Source: the human T2T-CHM13v2.0 reference genome, Homo sapiens. From it: 64,000 bases of DNA. Where the stretch lies: NCBI RefSeq assembly GCF_009914755.1, contig NC_060943.1; one strand, given 5' to 3'. Each line of letters opens with the position of its first letter. The first letter of the stretch is position 1. Below the pieces are notes generated by a model, which was not told the origin of the DNA, searched no databases, and saw nothing but the letters and a program-made list of their open reading frames with translations. Both the position numbers and the translations under genes were made by a program. Shown here in pieces: positions 1 to 21,749 of this stretch.

Positions 1-2
1 AA

Positions 3-275
<273 letters not shown>

Positions 276-554
276 CTACCCACACTGAAGGAAAGAGAGA
301 GGGAAGGATCTGTTCAGATCCCAGTCTCCTTCTCACCCCCAGGCCAGGCATAGAGTCCACACCCTCATGGCATGTGGGGCGCCTGGAGGAGCTGCAGGCA
401 TTTAACTAAAAGCCAGCCAGATTCATCTCCAGCCAGAGCCAGGTGGATGCTGGGTCAGAAACTGCAGCGTCCTCTGAAGGAAAGGGTGCTCGTGTCTGTA
501 GCTTGCATTTACTAAGAGGGACACAGACTCAGTTACAGAAATGAGAAGAAAGAT

Positions 555-966
<412 letters not shown>

Positions 967-1189
967 CTACCCCATTTACTTTTCAGAAACTAGCTAATGG
1001 GCCGTGAGGCAAGGACTTCCCACTGTTTCTCTGACCCTCCATTGGGCTCCAGGTAACCCAACTTCAAGCTCTCAGCGTCGCCTCCTCAGTCCTGTCTCCC
1101 GTGCAGTGGGCGTCACTCCCTCCTCCTTTCTCCTTCCCAGCAAAGCCATTCACACCTTCTTGTCAGTTTGTCTTCTATAAAAGCTTCCC

Positions 1190-1262
1190 CCTCCTCCTCC
1201 TCCCCTGCCCACTCCTCCTCCTCCTCCTCCTCCTCCTCCTCCTCCTCCTCCTCGTTGTTGTC
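1190..1262. repeat. (CCT)n/(GTT)n trinucleotide microsatellite upstream of GALP
   Basis: Direct reading; explains the poly-Leu and poly-Glu ORFs in the track. Confidence 0.93.
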
Positions 1263-1924
1263 ATCCTCTGGATGAGAAGTGAGGGACTTGGAGAAACAGC
1301 GGAGGGGGCTCAGGAGCCCACCAGGGTGTCTGTAATCCCCCACGTCGTCTTCTCACTCCATCCCTCTCCTGGGGTCTCCCTTTCCCCTTGGGATGAGAAA
1401 GGATGGGGTAAGGGCTGATGGGGATGTGTAAAGACAGGACAGAGATACAAGTGCCAGCCACAAACCGACAGAATGCTGGAAGGACCTTGGAGGCAATGTG
1501 TCCTCCACGGTGGAGAGGAGGAGACAGAACCCAGCCAGGACCAGGGCGTCCCCTCTGTCCCTTAGACAGCAAAGGGCAACAGCAAGAGTAAAACCTCTTC
1601 CAAGGTTCTTTCCTCTGGAAAGCAGGTGACGTCGGGCAAAGAGAGAGCGTGCTGCAGAGACAGATAGATCAACACACATGACAGGAGAGAGACGCAGCAA
1701 CGACACACTCCTTATTCGTTCACCCAACAAGTATTGAGTGAGCTCCGGGCACTGTTTTAGGGGCTGCTGTGAGGTTTCTCATCTTTGGAGCTATTGACTT
1801 TCGGGGCTGGGTCCTTCCCATCGGGGAGGCCTTTCCTGAGCACTGTGGGAGGCTGAGCCGCGTCCCTGGCTTCCACCCACGAGATGCCGGGAGTCCCTCC
1901 CAAGTCCCAAGTAAAGATGTCTCC

Positions 1925-2442
<518 letters not shown>

Positions 2443-2868
2443 CTACCGTGCAAGACAGAAGAAATGCAACTCAGTGAGGGAGCTGCGGAGGCTTGGAGGG
2501 ATTGATGGGGGCAGAGGGGACAGGGCTACGGAGACACCAGTGGCAGGTGGAGACAACCAAGGAAGACACAGGTCAAGGCCCAGACGCAGATAAGAGGGAG
2601 GGAGGGAGCCCTCGAATAGCTGCAAAGCCTGGAACAGGACAGCTGGAAGATAAAGGGGCACAGAAGGAGGGGGAAGGGCAGGGTCTACCAGGGGAAACCA
2701 AGGCACAGCAGCATTTCCCGCGATGAAGTGTGTGTTTTGACCTCACAGACCAGCGTTTGAAAGCCCCTGGAGTGGATGACTGTTCCCCCACCTCCATCCT
2801 CTTCACTCCCTCTCCCTTCTTCTAATCCCCTCCCTTTCCCCCGTCCCTTCTATTGTCTCCTCAGAAGG

Positions 2869-2875
2869 CATAAAA
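2869..2875 (+). promoter_or_regulatory. GALP: TATA-like box (CATAAAA) of the GALP promoter
   Basis: CATAAAA lies about 25-30 bp upstream of a short segment ending in a GGG|GTGAGA donor, upstream of the ATG-bearing exon. Confidence 0.6.
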
Positions 2876-2899
2876 GCTCAGGGGGCGTGAAAGAGTCCA

Positions 2900-2953
2900 G
2901 GCGCTGGAGCGAGGAGCCAGAGAGAGCTGCGGAGAGCTGCCAGCTGCACCGGG
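2900..2953 (+). other. GALP: GALP exon 1 (non-coding; start approximate)
   Basis: Follows the TATA-like box and ends at ...CACCGGG|GTGAGA; would join the acceptor TTGCAG|CGTGTTCC at 3861, consistent with the recalled GALP 5'UTR. Confidence 0.7.
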
Positions 2954-3490
2954 GTGAGAGCCTAGGCCAGGAGGGCAGAGGGGCGGATCCCAGCTGCACC
3001 GGGGTGAGAGCCTAGGCCAGGAGGGCAGAGGGGCGGATGCCAGCTGCAGCGGGGTGAGAGCCTAGGCCAGGAGGGCACAGGGGCGGCTGCCAGCTGCAGC
3101 GGGGTGAGAGCCTAGGCCAGGAGGGCAGAGGGGCGGATCCCAGCTGCACCGGGGTGAGAGCCTAGGCCAGGAGGGCAGAGGGGCGGATGCCAGCTGCAGC
3201 GGGGTGAGAGCCTAGGCCAGGAGGGCACAGGGGCGGCTGCCAGCTGCAGCGGGGTGAGAGCCTAGGCCAGGAGGGCAGAGGGGCGGATGCCAGCTGCAGC
3301 GGGGTGAGAGCCTAGGCCAGGAGGGCAGAGGGGTGGATGCCAGCTGCACCGGGGTGAGAGCCTAGGCCAGGAGGGCAGAGGGGTGGATCCAAGCTGCACT
3401 GGGGTGAGAGCCTAGGCCAGGAGGGCAGAGGGGTGGCTGCCAGCTGCACCGGGGTGAGAGCCTAGGCCAGGAGGGCAGAGGGGTGGAGGG
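2941..3490 (+). repeat. 50-bp minisatellite, 11 copies (CAGCTGCACCGGGGTGAGAGCCTAGGCCAGGAGGGCAGAGGGGCGGATCC)
   Basis: Exact 50-bp periodicity counted directly; spans the exon 1/intron 1 junction of GALP. Confidence 0.97.
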
Positions 3491-3899
3491 AGTGAGGGGC
3501 TCCTGGGAGAGTGATGGGGGGCTTGAAGGGATGGGGATAACAGGAGAAACCCCAGCATTGGTGGCAGGGAAAAGGTGAGGGGCAGGTAAGGGGACGGAAA
3601 GGTTTGAAGATGGAGTGGTGGAGGCAGTGGGGCAGAAGGCATGGGCGCTGGGGGACCAGGTCGGCCTGATCCGATGATGGGGGAAGGAGAGGCTTAATTG
3701 CTTGCACACGTCCAAACTCCTCAAGATGTGTACATTAAATGTGCGCCATTTTTGTATCTCGATGATGCCTCCATAAAGCTAAAAAATAAATTCCTCTGTC
3801 CTTATCGGAAATGCACCTGGCCCCCGCTTCGGAAAATGACTGGCCGCTCTCTCCTTGCAGCGTGTTCCGCAGCTGTAGGCACCTGTCGTCCTGCCTTCG

Positions 3900-3986
3900 A
3901 TGGCTCCTCCCTCCGTCCCCCTGGTCCTCCTCCTCGTCCTCTTGCTGAGCCTGGCAGAGACTCCAGCATCCGCACCTGCCCACCGG
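3900..3986 (+). CDS. GALP: GALP exon 2 coding part: signal peptide plus APAHR (exon starts at 3861)
   Basis: Translates MAPPSVPLVLLLVLLLSLAETPASAPAHR; acceptor ends at 3860, donor GTAACG at 3987. Confidence 0.97.
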
Positions 3987-4055
3987 GTAACGCCTCCCTA
4001 AGTTCCTCGGAAACAACAGTGTCCCCAAATCCCTGCCCTCTGGGAAGAGTTTTTA

Positions 4056-8490
<4,435 letters not shown>

Positions 8491-8956
8491 CAACTTTTTT
8501 CTCTTTTCCTCCATTTGTCTCTCCCCATTTCTCCAGTTGCATCTTCCCTGGGCAATAGGTGTGCCCATGGCCACGTGCTGCATAGTGAGCATTACATCCA
8601 TAAAATACCGAGATTCCCGTGGTGCTCAAGGTTGGTTTCAGTTTGAGCTTCATTCAGGGAAACCCAGGCTGCAGAGACAGTGTGGCAGGAGCAGAAAGAA
8701 CGTGAGATGTGGACCCAGACCTAGGTGGGTTCAAGCCCCAGTCCTGCCATTAGCAGCAGGGTAATTTCGAGCAAGTGACCGCTTGCAGCTGCACGATTTC
8801 CCCACCGGTAGGTAGGGACGGTCAACACGCACCCCGTCCGACAGACTTGGTGGAGGCGCTGCGTCCGGTGAGCCATGCTGTTGAATTGATGGACGATGTG
8901 TTTCTTCAGTTCTACTTAACCGACCACCTGCTCTTGCTCTCTCCCTCCCTACCCAG

Positions 8957-9037
8957 TCCTCCACCTTCCCCAAATGGGTGACCAAGACGGAAAGAGGGAG
9001 ACAGCCCTTGAGATCCTAGACCTGTGGAAGGCCATGG
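8957..9037 (+). CDS. GALP: GALP exon 4 (81 nt); alarin frame 8957-9019 when exon 3 is skipped
   Basis: Encodes (V)LHLPQMGDQDGKRETALEILDLWKAM(D); alternative frame SSTFPKWVTKTERGRQPLRS*; canonical AG/GT. Confidence 0.97.
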
Positions 9038-9639
9038 GTGAGTGAGCGGGGAGTTAGACGTCTTCTCCTGCGTCCTCCCCTGCGGGCTCTCTCCTGGCTT
9101 TGGAAACTGGTAGATGTGAGCTCCAGCCCTCACCCTGCCGCTTACTATTTGGGGGGCCCTGGGCAAGTGATGCGTTTCCTTCAAGCTTCTGGGCCGTCAC
9201 CTGGAGCCCCAGCTTGCTTTAATGTTCTTTTGTTACCAACGTGAAATTCCGAATCCTGTTTGAACCATGGGCCCCGTGTTTTCTCTGCATCAGACCTCAC
9301 AGAATCCCTCCACTTTGAAATGACATAAATGGAATAATCCCATGATTTAGTTGTATGACTCAGTGAGAAAATGCACGTTAATTTCCTAGAAGTGTCTGGC
9401 ATATGGTAGAAATGGAATGGTTTGGCTGGGCATGGTGGCTCACGCCTGTCATCCATACTCAAGCCTCCGAGTAGCTGGGATTACAGGCACCTGACACCAC
9501 ACCCAGCAAATTTTGCATTTTTAGTAGAGATGGGGTTTCACCGTGTTGGCCAGGCTGGTCTTGAATTCCTGACCTCAGGAGATCTGCCCCCATCAGTCTC
9601 CCAAAGTGCTGGGATGAGCCGTCGCGCCCGGCCTTATTT

Positions 9640-9890
9640 ATTTTTTAAACTTTTATTTTAGGTTTGGGGGTACATGTGCAGGTTTGTTATATAGGAAAAC
9701 TTGTGTCACGGGCGTTTGTTGTACAGACTACTTCATCACCCAGGTACTAAGCCGAGTACCCAGTGGTTATTCTCTCTGCTCCTCTCCCTCCTCCCCCTGC
9801 TCCACCCTCGGGAAGGACCCAGTGTCTCTTGCTCCCGTCTTTGTGTCTGTGTGTTCTCATCGTTTAGCTCCCACTTGTAACTACGAACGT
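9640..9890 (-). mobile_element. L1 3'-end fragment directly upstream of GALP exon 5
   Basis: TTTTATTTTAGGTTTGGGGGTACATGTGCAGGTTTGTTATATAGG...CATCGTTTAGCTCCCACTTGTAA resembles an antisense L1PA/PB 3'UTR. Confidence 0.75.
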
Positions 9891-9919
9891 GTGTGTGAAT
9901 GTTGTATTTTTGTTTCTAG

Positions 9920-9997
9920 ACGGGCTCCCCTACTCCCACCCTCCACAGCCCTCCAAGAGGAATGTGATGGAGACGTTTGCCAAACCAGAGATTGGAG
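9920..9997 (+). CDS. GALP: GALP exon 5 (78 nt), includes the KR prohormone cleavage site
   Basis: Encodes (D)GLPYSHPPQPSKRNVMETFAKPEIG; TTCTAG acceptor, GTAAAG donor. Confidence 0.97.
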
Positions 9998-10342
9998 GTA
10001 AAGCCAGGAAACACAGAAGAGAGACACCGACAGGAGAGGGGGAACAAGGAAGTGGCAGGCAGAGCTTAGAGGGTAAAGGAAGAAAGGAAGGAAACTGGAA
10101 CCAACCAGGGACCTCCTCACCTGTAACCACAGCCACTACCCCGACCACTCAGCCTCGACTGTGAATCCCCATCCTGGCCTCGACTGCTCCCTTCACCTCG
10201 ATTCCTTCACTGCGAATCCCACCTCATGTTCCAACTCTCATTTCCCAGCCTGAATCTAGCACTTTTGCAATTAGGACCCCACACCCAACCTTGATCTCCC
10301 CCAGTATCACTCCCTCAAGCTTAGCCTCAGCTACAACATTGA

Positions 10343-11945
<1,603 letters not shown>

Positions 11946-11999
11946 TGGGGAGTGATAGTGAGAAAAACCATTCAAAGTTTACCTCTTTCTTTCCCACAG

Positions 12000-12055
12000 A
12001 TCTGGGCATGCTCAGCATGAAAATTCCCAAGGAGGAAGATGTCCTGAAGTCATAG
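12000..12055 (+). CDS. GALP: GALP exon 6 coding part with stop; total 116 aa
   Basis: CCCACAG|AT CTG GGC...; (D)LGMLSMKIPKEEDVLKS* with TAG at 12053-12055; exon phases are consistent. Confidence 0.97.
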
Positions 12056-12538
12056 ATGTCTTCAAATCCCTGTTCCTATCCTTCTTCTCCAGCTCCTCCT
12101 GCTCCCTCTGAAACCTTTTCTAGGTACCCTATGCTGAGACTAAGATCCTGAAGTTAAATACCCAGGTCTCATGAAGACATTGTAAAGCATTTGAATTATT
12201 CTAAAAAATTTCTGGAGTTTCTTAGGTTTTATTGATTCATCCTTGAAATCAGTATAATGTGCTATTAATGGAACCAATAGTAATTCGAGGACTAGTTGGG
12301 AGATTCTGGGGTAATCAGGGAATATTCCTGCAACACATTTAAAGGAATTGTGTTCTTTTGGAATCATCCCAATTATAACACGAGCTATTGCATAATACAA
12401 ATAACCCTCTTAAGTCTGAGAGTCTGTGTCTTTATTTGAAAAGATTCTTCAAATTGCGTACTTACTCCTCCATATTCTTTCAACCCACATGAGTCTCCTC
12501 GAGAAGTGAGGAGAGGCAGTTTGGAGCAGAATGGAGAG

Positions 12539-12544
12539 AATAAA
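12539..12544 (+). terminator. GALP: GALP polyadenylation signal AATAAA
   Basis: AATAAA about 480 nt after the stop, followed by U-rich sequence. Confidence 0.7.
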
Positions 12545-12787
12545 ATGTTTCTTGTCAAACACTCCATTTTTTCCCTTTTAATTAGTCTGGGAATTTTTTT
12601 AGGGGTAGCAGAATCCAGGATGATGGGGTCAGGTGTGGGACTGGGAAATCCAGGATGACAGAATCAGGTGAGGGACTGGGGAAAATATAACCTATTGGAG
12701 GCAATCCATTTTGGATTATTGTTTTGCTGAAAGTTTTACTTTCATTTTGGGTTTGAGGAGTCACAGGAAAAAGAAACCACAGTGTTA

Positions 12788-16350
<3,563 letters not shown>

Positions 16351-16611
16351 GTTTTTTTCTTATGAGATATTGGAAAATGATGAGACTTTGCTCATTGGAA
16401 GAGAAACAGCAACAGACACTAAAATAAATCTGTAAGAAAGCAACAGACATAATCAAACAGAAAACAAAACTCATGGGGGAGGATAAATATTTATTCAAAC
16501 ATCCGGGCAATTCCTACCAAGTGCTTTATGTGTATATGTCATCTGGTAACATTGGAGAAAAACCATCATTCACTGTCTCTTGGGGTGGAGGATGTGGACC
16601 TGACTCTGGAA

Positions 16612-17360
16612 TCACTGGGAGGTGGTTTCCCGGTGTGTTTTCAGGTGACGCTTGAATGTCCCCAGCTGACGGAAGGCCTTTTGACAGGTGGGACATTTGT
16701 AGGGCTTCTCTCCGGAGTGGGTGCGCTGGTGAACGTTCAGGTTCCCCTTGTGGCTGAAAACTTTGCTGCAGTATTTACATTTAAACGGCCTCTCCCCGGT
16801 GTGGATCCTCTTGTGGCCCTGTAAGGTGGACTCGTGGGCGAACCGCTTTTGGCAGACGTCACACATGTAGGGCCTCTCGCCAGTGTGGACTCGCTGGTGA
16901 ACTCGGAGGTCTGAGGGCTGCAAGAAGCGCTTCCGACAGAGATCACATTGAAAGGGTCTGTCTCCTGTGTGTGACCTCCTGTGGATGCTTAGCTGGGAAA
17001 AATACTTAAATGATTTATTGCACACGTCACATGCAAAGGGCGGCAGGGCCTTGGCTTCTTGGCCATCTGGGTGACTGACCGGGCCCGCAGGGCCTGGGGA
17101 ATGAACTGGATTGATCTCAGCTTGTCCTGGGGATTCTCTGTTGCCCACAGGTGTGGCTTCTCCTTGAGGCTCTTCTTGGGAAATGGAGGAGGCATCTGGT
17201 TTGCTTCTTTTGGGACTGCTCAGATTCAGAGCATCTCCTCTGTTCCCGCTGTGAGTCAAAGCTTCTCTCTCCACAACGCAGGCAGAAGGTGTGTCAGCAT
17301 CCACATTTTCCACAGAGGCTCTTTTCTGGGGTTCCTTCCCCTCCTTTGCTCTCACCAGAT
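16612..17360 (-). CDS. ZSCAN5B: ZSCAN5B last coding exon: linker plus five C2H2 zinc fingers
   Basis: Acceptor TTCCACCAG|ATCTGG; five CxxC...HxxxH units with TGERP/SGEKP-type linkers, ending RETTSQ*; the four coding exons sum to 1488 nt = 495 aa. Confidence 0.95.
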
Positions 17361-17621
17361 CTGGTGGAAGAAGGGATTCCACACACAACAGTTAACAAAG
17401 CCGATTTTCAATACACCAAACTCATTGCAACCAAACACTGACCTTGGCTGAGAACTTCCCCTCAACCTCAAGCCTAAGACATTGGACTGTAGGTCTCTGG
17501 AAAGTGGAGGAGAGATTTTGGCAGCTGATCGCCAGCCCCAGGGGATGATAATGCTGGGCCCCCAGCCCCGCACCCCAGAAGAGAGGGACTAACCCCTGTG
17601 GATCCAAGTCTTCATACTCAC

Positions 17622-17772
17622 TGGGACTCTTTGGAAGCTGAGGCTCTGGGGATGACAGTCCTGGGTTCTCTTCCCTGTTTTCCTTCAGATCCTTCTCCAA
17701 GGTCTGCTTGGGTCTCGGAGAGTTTGGGTCACCTGTTACGTCAATACTCTTGTGTAGCAGAAAGTCCTCTCC
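17622..17772 (-). CDS. ZSCAN5B: ZSCAN5B coding exon 3 (151 nt)
   Basis: [50 protein letters not shown]; AG/GT boundaries; same length as in both paralogs. Confidence 0.93.
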
Positions 17773-18634
17773 CTGAAGAGGAAAAACCAAGAGCAATGAC
17801 TGCCGTGTCTATACTGGTGGAAGTAGGGACATGTCTGTCCCCTCCTGACTGGACACACCAGACTTCCCATGGACCACCCCATCACCCCAAGTAAACATCA
17901 CCACCTCATTTCTGCGTCTGTCCCTAATCTGCACCCTCCATATTCTAAATCAGCTCCTTTGCCTGGCGGTTTTCACTGTTTGGTTCTCTGAGAATATTTC
18001 TCCCCGCCGTGCCAATGTCTCCCTGCCCCTGACGCTGGAAGAAGCATGACTCTAGGTGGAGGCCCCTAACCCCTGGCACCATTGGCATTGGGGCTGCATC
18101 ATCCTCCTGGAGGGGGCGCTCCTGTGCAGAGCAGAGACCCCGCCTCCACCCTCTAGATGCTATCAACACCCCACCACCCCTGAGAATGCCAAACAAAAAT
18201 GTCCTCAGACATTGCCAAATGTGTCCTTAAAGGCAAAATCACCAGTTGAGAAACACTCCTCAAATTAAGAAATCAACAGTCTGAGAAAGTGGGTTCCTTG
18301 CTGAATGACTTCATGAAATGTCTTTGCGGAAACTGGATGGGGTAGGGACCTTCAGTTCATTCATCTGTGCCAACTGCCTCCCTCACTTCACTGAGACCAT
18401 TTCTTACCCACCCCCCCACCCTAAATGCTAAAAGCTCTCATGGTGGAGAGAAAAGTAGATGAGGCTTCCCTCTCTGTGATGGCTCAGGAATGAATGTTTG
18501 GGGATGTATCATGTCCATGGGGAATGGCTCTAATCTTGTCCTGTGCCAAATCTCTCAATCAGTTCTGCAGCCACACGATTTCCTCCTGTTCCTTCTCCCA
18601 CCTCTGCCCAGACACCAAGGCCTCACACACTCAC

Positions 18635-18838
18635 CTGCCTCCTGGACAGTGCAGCGACCCTGGACAGGATCTGCTGCTCTCGGCGGGCCTGGCCTGTCCC
18701 CGGATGCATCTGGTTCACAGAGGAGGCCCACTGGCTGGACACGTCTCTCGGATCATCTCTGACACTGGCGGGGGCTTCAGCCATCTCGACATCTGAGTTC
18801 AGCATAAGATATTCTTTGCCGAGCAAGTTGACTATAGA
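18635..18838 (-). CDS. ZSCAN5B: ZSCAN5B coding exon 2 (204 nt)
   Basis: [23 protein letters not shown]...LSRRQ; canonical splice sites. Confidence 0.93.
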
Positions 18839-19453
18839 CTGTAGAGAGAAAAAAGACAATCAGACACTATGAGAACCTGAAAGTAGCTCTCATATTTCCT
18901 GGGTCCTGCCATAATGCTCACACTTTACTGTAATTAATGTTCAAATCTACCTTCCTGATGCAGAATCAGCTCTGTGGACACAGCAATCTGTCTGAATTTT
19001 TTTCTTCACTAGATAAGTACATAAATATGAGTCATTTAGATGAAAGGGTCTCTAACCAAAGAGAAGACAAGGAGAAATATTCTGGGTGAATCCAACTCAA
19101 TTGGCCAATGGCAGCTCACCTTGTGTTAGAACTTAGGGGCTCATTTGGGGACCTGGAGGCAGATCCCTGCATCTGATACCAACCACTTTCCCTGCCTCAG
19201 GATGGGACTTCTGGGCCCCCCTTCAGTTCACTCTAATGCCTCCTTCCCTACTTTCCATCAGGCCTAATATTTTACCAATGTCTTTCTTTCAGGTTGGCCT
19301 CACACAGTGTGTGGGTTCCTGTATCCCCTCTGCCTGTCCATCTCCTAGGTCAGGTATTTGCAATATTAGCTGTGCTGATATTTGAGACTGGAGAATTCTT
19401 TGGCCCCCATCCCAGCTCCCCTTCCCTGCACCAATCACGAGGTTCCCACTCAC

Positions 19454-19837
19454 CCATTTCTTGGGTCTTCTGTTATTTCGTAGCAGGTCCTCCAGGTCTT
19501 TGCAGCTCTGCACACCATTCACCTTGACTAAGACCTGGAGCTCCTGGGGCATGGAGATCATGAACTGCTCCATCACCAGCATGTCCAGGATCTGCTCTTT
19601 GGTGTGGAGGTCGGGCCTCAGCCACAGATGGCACAGCTCAGTGAGTTTCCTCAGAGCCTGGATGGGGTCCGACTCCTCTGGGCAGCTGAACATCCTGAAA
19701 TTCATGTGCCAAGTCTCAGGGTTCCTGTCGTGATTTCCAAGTTGAGTTTCTGGGGACGCCACAGACCGTGGAGTGTCTGACCCAGGGCTGTTGCAGGGTC
19801 CTCCCTGACCCCATGAGAGTGTCCAATTTGCAGCCAT
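19454..19837 (-). CDS. ZSCAN5B: ZSCAN5B first coding exon, SCAN domain (exon starts at about 19964)
   Basis: [15 protein letters not shown]...[47 protein letters not shown] (SCAN signature)...RRPKKW|GTGAGT. Confidence 0.96.
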
Positions 19838-21390
19838 ATCTACTGGAGAATATTTCAATCAGCCTCTGAGCAAGCTCTTCCAGTAGCCAGTATCAAATTG
19901 AGACCTATTTACACAGGCTGCCCCTGTTTCTTCTCAGTAATATATTCACAGTTTGTTCAGAAGTCTGCAGGAAAAAAGCATGAGCCCGATTATTTTAACT
20001 TTCTACTCCACACACCCCTCCCTTCCAAATCCCTCATCCCAATCCTGGACCCCACTTGTCCATGGGCATCGGACTCAGCCCTGTGGAAATGAATCCACTC
20101 TGTTCTTCTCTGACTACATGTTCTGGGGTAAAATCTGAATGCTCCCCTGGATTCTGATCTCTAGGGGATCATTGTGCAGAGGTGGAACTGGTTTTCCTTT
20201 CAACTGGAACAACACTGCTCTTGACTGTAAATTAAATCGGATATGTATGTGAAGCTCCTAGAATCTGATGTAACAATAATGTCAGTTCTTTATGTTTTCC
20301 CGTCAAGACAAGATCCAAGGCAAAGCCCTTAGTCATAATTATGTAAAAAGCTAGAGAAAAATATTAATAGTTACAACCTACGATTGTCCCCAACACATTT
20401 TTCCTGTTAACCCCAGGATATTTATTTGCTGCAGGGAAGAGGTGTCACTAAAAAATCCTATGAGAGGCCGGGCGCGGTGGCCCAGGCCTGTAATCCCAGC
20501 ACTTTGGGAGGCCGAGGCGGGTGGATCACGAGGTCAGGAGATCGAGACCATCCTGGCTAACACGGTGAAACCCCGTCTCTACTAAAAATACAAAAAATTA
20601 GCTGGGCATGGTGGCGGGCGTCTGTAGTCCCAGCTACTCGGGAGGCTGAGGCAGGAGAATGGCGTGAACCCGGGAGGCAGAGCTTGCAGTGAGATCGTGC
20701 CACTGCACTCCAGCCTGGGTGACAGAGTAAGACTCCATCTCAAAAAAAAAAAAAAAAAATCCTATGAGAATTAAGCTCCTGCACAGATATGTGGTTGTTT
20801 CGGTAAAACACACATTTATGAAATTCATCACTTTTACTAAGAACATGCGCTATGTTGTGCAACCATCACCACTTTCTAATTCCAGAATCACTGCATCACC
20901 CCAAAAGAGAACGCCATCCCCATCAGGAATTACCTCCTGCCCCAACCCCCTCCCCCAGCCCCTGGCCATCACTAATCTGCTTATTGTCTCTGGGAGTTTC
21001 TCTGTTCCTTATCTCATTCCATAAAATGGATTAAAGTCTTATGAAATTTCCAGGTAGTGGGATCATACCATAGAGCGGTTTTTTCTTTTTTCTTTTTGAG
21101 ACAGGGTCTTGCTCTGTCATCCAGGCTGGAGGGAAATTTGCAGTCATGGTTCCCTCGGCCTCAACCTGGGCTCCAGTGATCCTCCCACCTCAGCTTCCCA
21201 AGTAGCTGGGACTACAAGTGCATCACCACGCCCGGCTAATTTTTATAGGTTATTTTTGTAATAGAGATGGGGTTTCGCCATGTTGCCCAGGCTGGTCTCA
21301 AACTCTGGGCTCAAGCGATGTGCTTGCTTTGGCCTCCCAAAATTCGGGGATTACAGGCGTGATTGCATTGCAGCTGGCCTACATTTTTAA

Positions 21391-21522
<132 letters not shown>

Positions 21523-21749
21523 TAAGTAGCTGGGATTACAGGCCCCCGCCCAGCTAATTTTTATATTTTTAGTACAGACAGGGTTTCACCATGTTGAACA
21601 GGCTGGTCTCAAACTCCTGACCTCGGGTGACATGCCTCAGCCTCCCAAAGTGCTAGGATTATAGGCGTGAGCCATCGCGCACAGCCCAATTTTTTTTTCT
21701 TTTTAAATTTGGTTCTAAACGTAGCTTCAAAAGGCAAAAGCCACTGTAT

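Noticed and set aside
1101-1418. Poly-Leu signal-peptide-like and poly-Glu ORFs
   Set aside because: Translations of the (CCT)n microsatellite; no splice or homology support
3800-4015. STAT-like motifs (TTATCGGAA, TTCCTCGGAA) flanking GALP exon 2 as leptin-response elements
   Set aside because: Imperfect matches to TTCN3GAA; short motifs expected by chance and unsupported without ChIP data
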